Positions 1 to 7,081 of a stretch of DNA of 12,751 bases are shown here, piece by piece (the first letter of the stretch is position 1; every line of letters starts with the position of its first letter). The notes beneath the pieces are model-generated. The model was given only the letters and a program-made list of their open reading frames with translations, was not told the origin of the DNA and ran no database searches. The position numbers were made by a program, and so were the translations under genes. Source of the DNA: Armatimonadota bacterium (lineage in GTDB: Bacteria > Sysuimicrobiota > Sysuimicrobiia > Sysuimicrobiales > Humicultoraceae); NCBI GenBank assembly GCA_052386995.1, contig JBQTJP010000089.1, positions 1-12,751 of the forward strand, read 5' to 3'.

Positions 1-661
1 GCTCGTTGTCGATCATGCGCTTGGTCAGACCGATCGCCCGCGCCGGACCCGCCGCCAGGCGCGCGGCCCAGTCCACGGCCGCCGTCATGAGCTGAGCGTG
101 CGGCACCACCCGGTTCACCAGGCCGAAACGCTCGGCGGTGGCCGCGTCGATGCTGTCACCGAGCAGCAGCAACTCCATGGCCCGCCCCACGCCGACCGTA
201 CGGGGAAGCAGATACGCGGCCCCCATGTCCGCGCCGCTGAGCCCAACGCGTGTGAACAGGAAGGCAAAGCGTGCCTCCACAGAGGCGATGCGCAGATCGG
301 ATGCCAGCGCGAGCACCGCGCCGGCGCCCGCGGCCATACCGTTGACCGCGGCGATAATGGGCTTCTCGAGCAGCCGCATGTTGCGCACCACGGCGTTCGT
401 CATGCGTGTGAACTCCAGGTGCCCTTTTACGTCGCGCTCGAGCAGGGCGCCGATGATCTCGTGGACATCGCCGCCCGAACAGAACCCTCTTCCCTCGCCC
501 GTGAGGATGAGCACCTTGACGGTCTCGTCATGCCGCAGCGCTTCGAGGAGATCGCGCAGTTGTGCGTAGATATCAAAGGTCAGGGCGTTGAGAACTTGAG
601 GCCGGTTGAAGGTCAGCGTCGCGATGCCGTCGCGCACTGTATACAGGAAGTCGTAACCCAT
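1..661 (-). CDS. Enoyl-CoA hydratase/isomerase (crotonase) family protein; 3' end runs off the window
   Basis: Absent from the ORF track because there is no stop in the window. Manual translation from ATG at 661: MGYDFLYTVRDGIATLTFNRPQVLNAL...LTGEGRGFCSGGDVHEIIG...KPIIAAVNGMAAGAGAVLALASDLRIAS...FTRVGLSGADMGAAYLLPR...GLVNRVV. Crotonase motifs present; SD-like GAGAGG upstream. Resembles the hydratases found beside abmA-type genes. Confidence 0.93.
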   Translation of the reverse strand, partial: MGYDFLYTVRDGIATLTFNRPQVLNALTFDIYAQLRDLLEALRHDETVKVLILTGEGRGFCSGGDVHEIIGALLERDVKGHLEFTRMTNAVVRNMRLLEKPIIAAVNGMAAGAGAVLALASDLRIASVEARFAFLFTRVGLSGADMGAAYLLPRTVGVGRAMELLLLGDSIDAATAERFGLVNRVVPHAQLMTAAVDWAARLAAGPARAIGLTKRMIDNE

Positions 662-698
662 CGCAGGTTCCTCTCGGCGGCTCGCGGCTTCCCGCATC

Positions 699-724
699 TT
701 TCACTACACGCCCCCAGAGTCCTG
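699..724 (-). promoter_or_regulatory. Possible SigH-like promoter (CAGGA-N17-GAAA) upstream of the crotonase gene
   Basis: Minus strand reads CAGGA CTCTGGGGGCGTGTAGT GAAAG, about 37 nt upstream of the ATG. Resembles the Bacillus SigH-type AGGA...GAAT arrangement. Pattern match only. Confidence 0.3.
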
Positions 725-789
725 TCTCAGCCGCATTGCGTGGTAGGAGCTTTTCGAACAGGCGGAAAGCAAATGTGCAATGTCGTCTC

Positions 790-1026
790 CGTAAGGATCT
801 CGCTATCTATCAACTAGCTCTCGAGAAGTCAGGCGCTTCTCCGGAGCGCGCGGTGTTTGTTGATGACCAGGAACGGCATGTGCTTGCTGCATCCGGCATC
901 GGTCTGTGGGGGATTTTAATGGATCGATCTGGCTTCCAAGCAGACACGAAATGCACTCGCGTTAGAAATCTACTCGAGGTCAGAAATTTGGTTGGCCAGC
1001 GGCGTCCAGATTGGGTGGATCCATGA
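790..1026 (+). pseudogene. C-terminal fragment of a HAD-superfamily hydrolase (5'-truncated remnant)
   Basis: RKDLAIYQLALEKSGASPERAVFVDDQERHVLAASGIG matches HAD motifs III/IV (KPxPxIY...VFVDD...AA..G). No motif I (DxD) or credible start upstream. About 53% GC over 781-980 by hand count, below the flanking genes. Confidence 0.7.
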
Positions 1027-3151
1027 TGCACAGATCGGCGCGGCCCGCAGCGAGGATCGAATTCACTTCGTCGGTCGCCACGAGATACCCGCCGACCATG
1101 GTTGGGACGCGCGTGTCGTTGCGGATGCGGTCGCTCGCAGCAGTGAGATACCCGCGGCGATAGGCCGGGTGGGCGTCTGACATGGTCTGCCCGGCCAGAA
1201 CGTGAATCAGGTCGGCACCGTGCTCGCCAAACAGCCGCACGCCTACGATGGCGTCCTCCGCGGACAGTCCACCGCGCGCGCAGTCCTCGACGGTGAAGGC
1301 AACGCCCAGAGGACGATCGGCGGGCCAGACGCTGCGCACCGCGTCGAGCACCTCCAGTGGGAAGCGCATGCGGTTGGGGAGCAGTCCGCCGTACTCGTCG
1401 GTGCGTCTGTTGGTCAGGGGCGAGATGAAACTGGCGAGCAGGTAGCCTCCTGCGCAGTGCACGATGAGCATGTCGAATCCGGCATCGCGGGCAAGCACCG
1501 CGGCGTGCGCGAATGCGTTCCGGACGTGATCCATACCCGCGCGGTCTATCTGTTGTGGGATCTGGCTGCGGGCCGTGTACGGGATGGGCGACGCCGAGAT
1601 CAGCGGCCAGGCTCCGGCGCCAAGCGGTCGGTCCAGACCTGCCAGCCGCGGTCGGGTGGCGCCGCGCCGCCCGGCGTGGTTGAGGACCACGGCGAACCGC
1701 GCCTGTGAGTGAGCGCGTGCGGCCGACACGATCTCCTTCCACGCCGCGACGTGACGGCCGGCATACATGCCTGCGGTCCCGTGGGTAATCCGTCCTTCGG
1801 GGACGACCGCGATGGGCTCTGTCAAGACCAGGCCGGCGTCGCTGCGCGCGCGAGTGACTATCTCCTGCCGATGAACGTCGCCGGGCAGCCCGTCAGTGGC
1901 GTCCTCGGCCGGCCGGCATGCGAGGGCCACGCGATTGTGCAGGCGCAGTTCCCGCAGCATCAACGGGACGAGCACCGGCGGCGGCGCCACGGCCGCGCGA
2001 GAGCTGGTTGCACCGTCCTGGGACGCGGTGGCGAACCATCGGTCGACGCCCTCGACGAACGACGGGTCTCGCAACCGGAGAGAGTCATATGAGACCCTGC
2101 CGCTCCGCGTAAGCAGGTTGAACGCGAATTGCGGCGGCTCCAGGTGGAGGTAGCGCCGCAGGTTTTCGAAGTACGTGCGGCTCTCAGCCGCGGCCTGCTG
2201 AAATGCCTCGACCGCGGGCCGGCGCGCGGACTCATAAGTGTGGAACGCGGCCTCGACATCCCGGTGCTGTCCCAGGGCGGAGGCAAGCGCGATGGCGTCC
2301 TCCATCGCCAGCTTTGTGCCCGAGCCGATCGAGAAGTGGGCGGTATGGGCCGCGTCGCCGAGAAGGACGATATTGCGATGGGACCAGCTGGCGCATTTCA
2401 GCGTGACGAAGTTGATCCATCTGGAGTTGTTGGACATCAAGGGCCTGCCGCCGAGCTCCGGAGCAAAGAGGCGCTCGCAGAACGCCAGGTGCTCACCCTC
2501 GCGGCCGTGATCGAGGCCGGCCCGGCGCCAGGTCGCTTCGTCACACTCGACGATGAATGTGGCGGTCTCCCCGTCGAACGGGTAGGCATGCACCTGGAAG
2601 AGCCCGTGGGGACTCTCACGGATGATGAACGTGAATGCGTCGAGCCATTTTTTGACGCCAAGCCAGATATAGCGGGCCTGTCCACCCTCCAGAGTCGGTT
2701 TGAAGGCTCGCGCGTGATCCTTACGAATTGTGCTGTTGATGCCATCCGCGGCGATGATGGCGTCGGCGCCGCGGAGCCGGGTGGCGCCCGACACTTCCCT
2801 GCGGAATCGCAGGCGCACGCCCAGCTCATCGCACCGCCGCTGGAGGATGTTGAGCAGCACCTTGCGGGAGATCCCCGAGAACGCCTGCCCGCCGCAACGC
2901 ACCACCTCGCCGCGGTAGTGTACGTCGATCGCGTCCCAGACCACGAGGCGATCGGCGATCTCGCTGTACGTCTTGGAGTCTGCGTCCTGAAACCCGGTGA
3001 GCGTGCGCTCGGAGAAGACCACACCCCATCCGTAGGTGGCATCGGGCGCGTTGCGCTCGATGACAGTGACATCGTGCCGGCGGTGGGCTTTCTTCAGCAG
3101 GAGGGCGCAGAACAGTCCCGCCGGCCCTCCGCCGACGATGACGATCTTCAC
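980..3151 (-). CDS. abmA: Bifunctional anthraniloyl-CoA/salicylyl-CoA monooxygenase-oxidoreductase (N-terminal FAD monooxygenase, C-terminal Old Yellow Enzyme-like domain)
   Basis: MKIVIVGGGPAGL Rossmann motif, TYGWGVVFS, ADGINS, GDAAHTAHFSIGSGTKLAMEDA, LLTRSGRVSYDSLRLRDP; C-terminal SFISPLTNRRTDEYGG...NRMRFPLEV. The GTG start overlaps the upstream stop (GTGA). Confidence 0.9.
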   Translation of the reverse strand: MKIVIVGGGPAGLFCALLLKKAHRRHDVTVIERNAPDATYGWGVVFSERTLTGFQDADSKTYSEIADRLVVWDAIDVHYRGEVVRCGGQAFSGISRKVLLNILQRRCDELGVRLRFRREVSGATRLRGADAIIAADGINSTIRKDHARAFKPTLEGGQARYIWLGVKKWLDAFTFIIRESPHGLFQVHAYPFDGETATFIVECDEATWRRAGLDHGREGEHLAFCERLFAPELGGRPLMSNNSRWINFVTLKCASWSHRNIVLLGDAAHTAHFSIGSGTKLAMEDAIALASALGQHRDVEAAFHTYESARRPAVEAFQQAAAESRTYFENLRRYLHLEPPQFAFNLLTRSGRVSYDSLRLRDPSFVEGVDRWFATASQDGATSSRAAVAPPPVLVPLMLRELRLHNRVALACRPAEDATDGLPGDVHRQEIVTRARSDAGLVLTEPIAVVPEGRITHGTAGMYAGRHVAAWKEIVSAARAHSQARFAVVLNHAGRRGATRPRLAGLDRPLGAGAWPLISASPIPYTARSQIPQQIDRAGMDHVRNAFAHAAVLARDAGFDMLIVHCAGGYLLASFISPLTNRRTDEYGGLLPNRMRFPLEVLDAVRSVWPADRPLGVAFTVEDCARGGLSAEDAIVGVRLFGEHGADLIHVLAGQTMSDAHPAYRRGYLTAASDRIRNDTRVPTMVGGYLVATDEVNSILAAGRADLCIMDPPNLDAAGQPNF

Positions 3152-3996
3152 GGGCTTGCGATCACGTCGGCCAGGCGGTCGAGCTGCGCGAGGTCGGGCA
3201 CCGTGGGAAAGAGGACGAGTTCATCGCATCCCGCGTCTTGATAGCCGCGTACGAACTGAACGATGGACTGTGGTGTGGTCAGTAGACCCTCGGCAATGCG
3301 CTCGGCGAAGGGGCCGGTGAACGCGTAGTAGCCACGCAGATAGCGCGCGCCGGCCTCGGGCGCACCATCGCCGAGCGCGAAATACCCCTGGCCCCAGAGT
3401 CGAGGGCGCCCCGGGCGCCCCGCGTCGATCCACGCGGCCCTGGCCCGATCCGCAGCGCGCGCAAACGCCCTTGGGGGTCCACCCCCATGCACGTAGCCAT
3501 CTGCGTACCGCGCCACGCGGGCGAAGGCCTCATCGTTCAATCCGCCGACCAGCAGCGGCGGACCGCCGGCCCGCGCCGGTCTTGGGCCGAGGTGTTCGTC
3601 CTCCCAATGGGTGCGCAGCTCGATGAGTTGCTCGGAGAACCGCCGGCCGCGCGTGCGGTGATCGATGCCGGCGGCATCGTAATCTTCGTGCCTGGCGCCG
3701 ATCGCCAGGCCCAGCACCACACGGCCTCCCGACATCGCGTCGATTGACGCGACGGTTTTGGCGAGCAGCGCCGTGTTGCGCATCGGCGCGCTGATCACCA
3801 TGCTGGCCAGGGTGATCCTTCGCGTGACGGCGGCCGCGGCGGCCAGTGTGGTCAGGGGGTCGTACGAATCGTAGACCAGCCGGTCGATGGCCCCCAGGCT
3901 TGAGAACGGGCCGGCATCTGCCCGCGTGGACCACTCGATGACCAGGCGACCCGATGCGCCAGGCACACCGCTGGGCAGTCCAACGCCGACTCGCAC
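3148..3996 (-). CDS. LLM-class (luciferase-like) flavin/F420-dependent oxidoreductase
   Basis: VRVGVGLP...DRLVY...DPLTTLAAAAAVTRRITL...LLAKTVASIDAMSGGRVVLGLAIG...PPLLVGG...ARVARYADGY...AGCDEL. Start placed at GTG 3996, where family similarity begins, rather than 4089. Confidence 0.9.
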   Translation of the reverse strand: MRVGVGLPSGVPGASGRLVIEWSTRADAGPFSSLGAIDRLVYDSYDPLTTLAAAAAVTRRITLASMVISAPMRNTALLAKTVASIDAMSGGRVVLGLAIGARHEDYDAAGIDHRTRGRRFSEQLIELRTHWEDEHLGPRPARAGGPPLLVGGLNDEAFARVARYADGYVHGGGPPRAFARAADRARAAWIDAGRPGRPRLWGQGYFALGDGAPEAGARYLRGYYAFTGPFAERIAEGLLTTPQSIVQFVRGYQDAGCDELVLFPTVPDLAQLDRLADVIASP

Positions 3997-4007
3997 GGGT
4001 AACTCTT

Positions 4008-4039
4008 TTCTACGGGGAGCGCCGACCTTTCCTGGCGCG
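4008..4039 (-). promoter_or_regulatory. Conserved 32-bp upstream motif, copy 1 (CGCGCCAGGA-N6-GGCGCTCCCCGTAGAA)
   Basis: 26/32 identical to 9207-9238; ends exactly 11 nt before the LLM start codon. Confidence 0.6.
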
Positions 4040-4115
4040 AACATGCAAGCGCGGCGGCGCCGCCTGCGTAGGGAGTATGATAGGGTCAATCGGAGCGCGG
4101 AGAGGGTGGGTCAAC

Positions 4116-4721
4116 ATGGACGGACGACTTTCACGGGTTTGGCTTGCTGCGCTGGTCGCGGGGATCCTCATGGCACCGATGTCCGCCTGGGCCGGCCCTG
4201 CCCCGGGCAGCCTCACCGAAGGCGTCATTGCCAGCGTCGACGGCTCGTCGTTCAGCGTGTCTACCTCTACCGGGAGTCCGATCCGCATCACGGTGACCGC
4301 AGACACACGCATCATCCAGCGTCAGCCGGCCCGGCTCGAACAGATCAAGCCCAACGACTTGGTCGGCGTCACCGCAAAACGCGAGCCGGACGGGTCGCTC
4401 GTGGCCATCTCCATCAATATCCTCCCTCCGGAGTTCAAAGGGCTGGCCCGGCAGAGTCAGTTCCTGATGGAGTCCGGCAACACGATGACGAACGCGACGG
4501 TCTTCCAGAATGTCAGGCGGGTGGAGGGACGCACGCTCTACCTGAAGTTTCCTGATGGGACGGCGGTGATCGCCGTCCCCAAAGATGCCGAGGTCACCCG
4601 GCTCACGCTGCTGAAAGTGAGCGATCTACGGCCGGGGATGCGCGTGATGGTGCGCGGCGGCGGCAATCCGGACGGCAGCATCACGGCGGCGTTCGTGACG
4701 GTCGAGGGCGCCGCGCGGTAA
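4116..4721 (+). CDS. Secreted protein with two DUF5666-like beta-rich repeats
   Basis: ATG 4116 after GGAGAGGG. Signal peptide MDGRLSRVWLAALVAGILMAPMSAWA. Two repeats ending ...IKPNDLVGVTAKREPDGSLVAISINI and ...LRPGMRVMVRGGGNPDGSITAAFVTV, with a linker containing TMTNATV. Confidence 0.75.
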   Translation: MDGRLSRVWLAALVAGILMAPMSAWAGPAPGSLTEGVIASVDGSSFSVSTSTGSPIRITVTADTRIIQRQPARLEQIKPNDLVGVTAKREPDGSLVAISINILPPEFKGLARQSQFLMESGNTMTNATVFQNVRRVEGRTLYLKFPDGTAVIAVPKDAEVTRLTLLKVSDLRPGMRVMVRGGGNPDGSITAAFVTVEGAAR

Positions 4722-4751
4722 GGCCCCGGAGGTCTGCTGTCGAGGTAAACA

Positions 4752-5258
4752 ATGGAAGTTTTCGAGGCCGTGCGGACGGTACTGGCGGTGCGCCGTTACC
4801 AGGATACGCCCGTGCCGGCGGAGATTGTCCGGCGGATCGTTGAGGCCGGGCGACTTACCGGGAGCAGCACGAATGGTCAACCCTGGCGTTTCATCGTCGT
4901 CGAGAACCGAGATACGCTGCGTCAGATGGGGGCATCGGTGCGAAGCGGGCCGTACGTCGCGCAGGCCGCCCTCGCGATTGTCCTGGCGATTGAGAAGACG
5001 AGATTCGCCGTATCCGATGGGAGTCGCGCCATTCAATCGATGATCTTGACGGCGTGGTCAGAAGGGGTCGGCTCGAACTGGGTAGGCTTCCTTGGAATGA
5101 CGCAGGTCAAGTCACTCCTGGGCATCCCCGATGAACTAGAAGTCCTGGCGATTCTCCCGTTCGGCTATCCGGCGCAAGCCCACGGCCGGGGGAGGAAGCA
5201 GCGCAAGCCGCTCTCTGAAGTAGCGCACCGCGAGCGGTTCGGGCAGCCCTTCAAATGA
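4752..5258 (+). CDS. Nitroreductase family protein (FMN-dependent)
   Basis: MEVFEAVRTVLAVRRYQD...GRLTGSSTNGQPWRFIVV...MILTAWSEGVGSNW...LLGIP...LPFGYP; SD GAGG upstream. Confidence 0.93.
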   Translation: MEVFEAVRTVLAVRRYQDTPVPAEIVRRIVEAGRLTGSSTNGQPWRFIVVENRDTLRQMGASVRSGPYVAQAALAIVLAIEKTRFAVSDGSRAIQSMILTAWSEGVGSNWVGFLGMTQVKSLLGIPDELEVLAILPFGYPAQAHGRGRKQRKPLSEVAHRERFGQPFK

Positions 5259-5287
5259 CGCGAATATCCCGTTGACGCGAGTATCCC
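5256..5287. repeat. Tandem 15-bp direct repeat TGACGCGA(A/G)TATCCC, period 17
   Basis: Copies at 5256-5270 and 5273-5287 differ at one position; the first includes the nitroreductase stop codon. Confidence 0.75.
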
Positions 5288-5318
5288 TCCGGACGCGTCC
5301 CCACGGAGGGTGCGTCCG
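5285..5318. terminator. GC-rich hairpin between convergent genes (possible bidirectional terminator)
   Basis: Stems CGGACGC(5290-5296)/GCGTCCG(5312-5318), or alternatively CCCTCCG(5285-5291)/CGGAGGG(5304-5310). No U-tract. Confidence 0.45.
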
Positions 5319-7031
5319 TCAGGCCCGTTCGTGCACGATTCGACCACCGACCATCGTGAGTGAGACTCGGATGGAGGGGATGCGTTCCTCGGGGACCGTC
5401 AGGTAGTCCTCGCTCAGCACCGCCAGATCCGCCCACTTCCCCGGCTCGATCGACCCTTTCCGGTGCTCGTCAAACGTGGCATAGGCGCCGTTTGCCGTGT
5501 AGAGGCGCAGCGCGTCTTCGCGGCTGATCCCCTCGTCGGGTAGCACTTTGCCAACCAGCGTCTCGCGCGCAATGAGATGGTACAGCCCGAGTAGCGGGCG
5601 GTCAGGGTCATAGTGGATCGCAGGACAGTCCGTGCCCCCCGTCACCATGAGCCCCTCCCGCAGCCATGAGCGCGCCGCCAGGCCCCAGTCCCGCACGGTC
5701 CGCTCCCACGGGTCGGCGATCTTGCTCTTGGCGATGCGCACCTGATCCATCACCTGGTGCATCCGGAACGAGCGCGCCGCGGCGAAGTAGGCCAGAAGTG
5801 GATTGGCCGCGACGATGAGATCGAGGGCTTTGGCCCGGCGGTAGAACTCCGGCTTGACTAGGCCGAAGCCGTGCTCCCAGGTGAACCGCCGGCCGCGCAG
5901 CGGGCGCTCACGGTTCGCTTCTTCGAACGTCGACAGCACCAGATCGGTCGCGTCGTCGGCGCTGCCCGTGCCGACGTGGACCGCGAGCGTGAACCCCACG
6001 CGGTTCGCCTCGAGCAGCATCGTGCGCATCTTCTCGGGAGAGTACGCCCACCAGCCGTCGTTTTGCACGACCATCTTGAGGCCGCCCACGCGCAGGAACG
6101 GTCCACCCAGATTTTGCTTGGGCCCCCAGTACTGTCTGATCGCCGTCTTGATGTCATCAATGCGCATGTAGCGGGCCGGTAATCCCAGGATGAGGTCGGT
6201 GCGCACCGTCAGCTCGCCGCGCCGGTCGGCTTCGATGTACGCGTCGATCTCCTCGGGCACCACGCCCATGTCGCGCGTGCCCGTGACGCCGCACGCGTGA
6301 AAGCGCGCGGCCTGGGCCTTGATCGCCCTGATGTACGTCTCGATGTCGAAGTGAGGGAAATCCCACTTTTTCATGGGCAGGTTCATGCTCGCCCACAGGT
6401 TCTTGCGCGCCAGGTCGCCCGCACCGGCGATGAGGTGCCCCGTGGGGTCGCCGTTCTCGTCGTGGACGATGTGCCCCTCGGGATCGTTCGGATCGCCGCC
6501 GGGGTCGGGCGTGGTGCGGTCGATGCCCGCCAGCCGCAGCGCGACCGAATTCAAGATGATGTTTTTGCCGGACTGAAAGAGGTAGACGGGATTCTCTGGC
6601 GCCACCTCATCCAGATCGTGGCGGTTGGGGAAGCGGCCGTCCTTCAGCGCGCCCCGGTACATGCACGAGGTCGCGATCCACTCACCGGGCCGGATCTGTC
6701 GTGTGCGCGCGGCGATGGCCGCCCGAATCTCCTCGATGCTCTGCGCCCAGGCCAGATTCACCTTGGCGCCGACCTCCGGATGATCCAGGCCGGCTAAGAG
6801 GGCGTGCGTGTGATTGTCGATCATGCCGGGGATCACGCAGGCGCCCAGCAGATCGATGCGGCGCGTGGCGGCACCGGCCAAGGCTTTGATCTCCTGATCG
6901 GTGCCGACCGCGGCGATGCGGTCGTCGGCAATTGCTACGGCTTCGGCGAGCGAGGCGCTGCCGTTCATCGTCACGATCTTCCCGTTGTAGAGGATGGTGT
7001 CGGGAACCAGCCGTCCGTTTTCCGCCCGCAT
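5319..7031 (-). CDS. YtcJ-like metal-dependent amidohydrolase (amidohydrolase_3 family)
   Basis: DTILYNGKIVTM...EAVAI...IDLLGACVIPGMIDNHTH (HxH), LDEVAPENPV, NSVALRLAGI, EH, GGTDCP, ALRLYTANGAY...KGSIEPGKWADLAVL; SD GGAG upstream of ATG 7031. Confidence 0.92.
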   Translation of the reverse strand: MRAENGRLVPDTILYNGKIVTMNGSASLAEAVAIADDRIAAVGTDQEIKALAGAATRRIDLLGACVIPGMIDNHTHALLAGLDHPEVGAKVNLAWAQSIEEIRAAIAARTRQIRPGEWIATSCMYRGALKDGRFPNRHDLDEVAPENPVYLFQSGKNIILNSVALRLAGIDRTTPDPGGDPNDPEGHIVHDENGDPTGHLIAGAGDLARKNLWASMNLPMKKWDFPHFDIETYIRAIKAQAARFHACGVTGTRDMGVVPEEIDAYIEADRRGELTVRTDLILGLPARYMRIDDIKTAIRQYWGPKQNLGGPFLRVGGLKMVVQNDGWWAYSPEKMRTMLLEANRVGFTLAVHVGTGSADDATDLVLSTFEEANRERPLRGRRFTWEHGFGLVKPEFYRRAKALDLIVAANPLLAYFAAARSFRMHQVMDQVRIAKSKIADPWERTVRDWGLAARSWLREGLMVTGGTDCPAIHYDPDRPLLGLYHLIARETLVGKVLPDEGISREDALRLYTANGAYATFDEHRKGSIEPGKWADLAVLSEDYLTVPEERIPSIRVSLTMVGGRIVHERA

Positions 7032-7081
7032 TCGACCGCTCCGCCCGCTCCGACGTCTATCCGTTCACGGTCCCGACGAAC

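Noticed and set aside
4053..4064. Palindrome GGCGGCGCCGCC in the divergent promoter region
   Set aside because: All-GC 12-mer, likely by chance at this base composition.
3954..4115. Longer starts for the LLM gene (4089) and the DUF5666-like gene (3954)
   Set aside because: They would overlap each other and the shared upstream motif. Family similarity and the signal peptide begin at 3996 and 4116.
5256..5297. Mini CRISPR array
   Set aside because: Repeats are 15 bp with 2-nt gaps, there are no spacers, and no cas genes are present.
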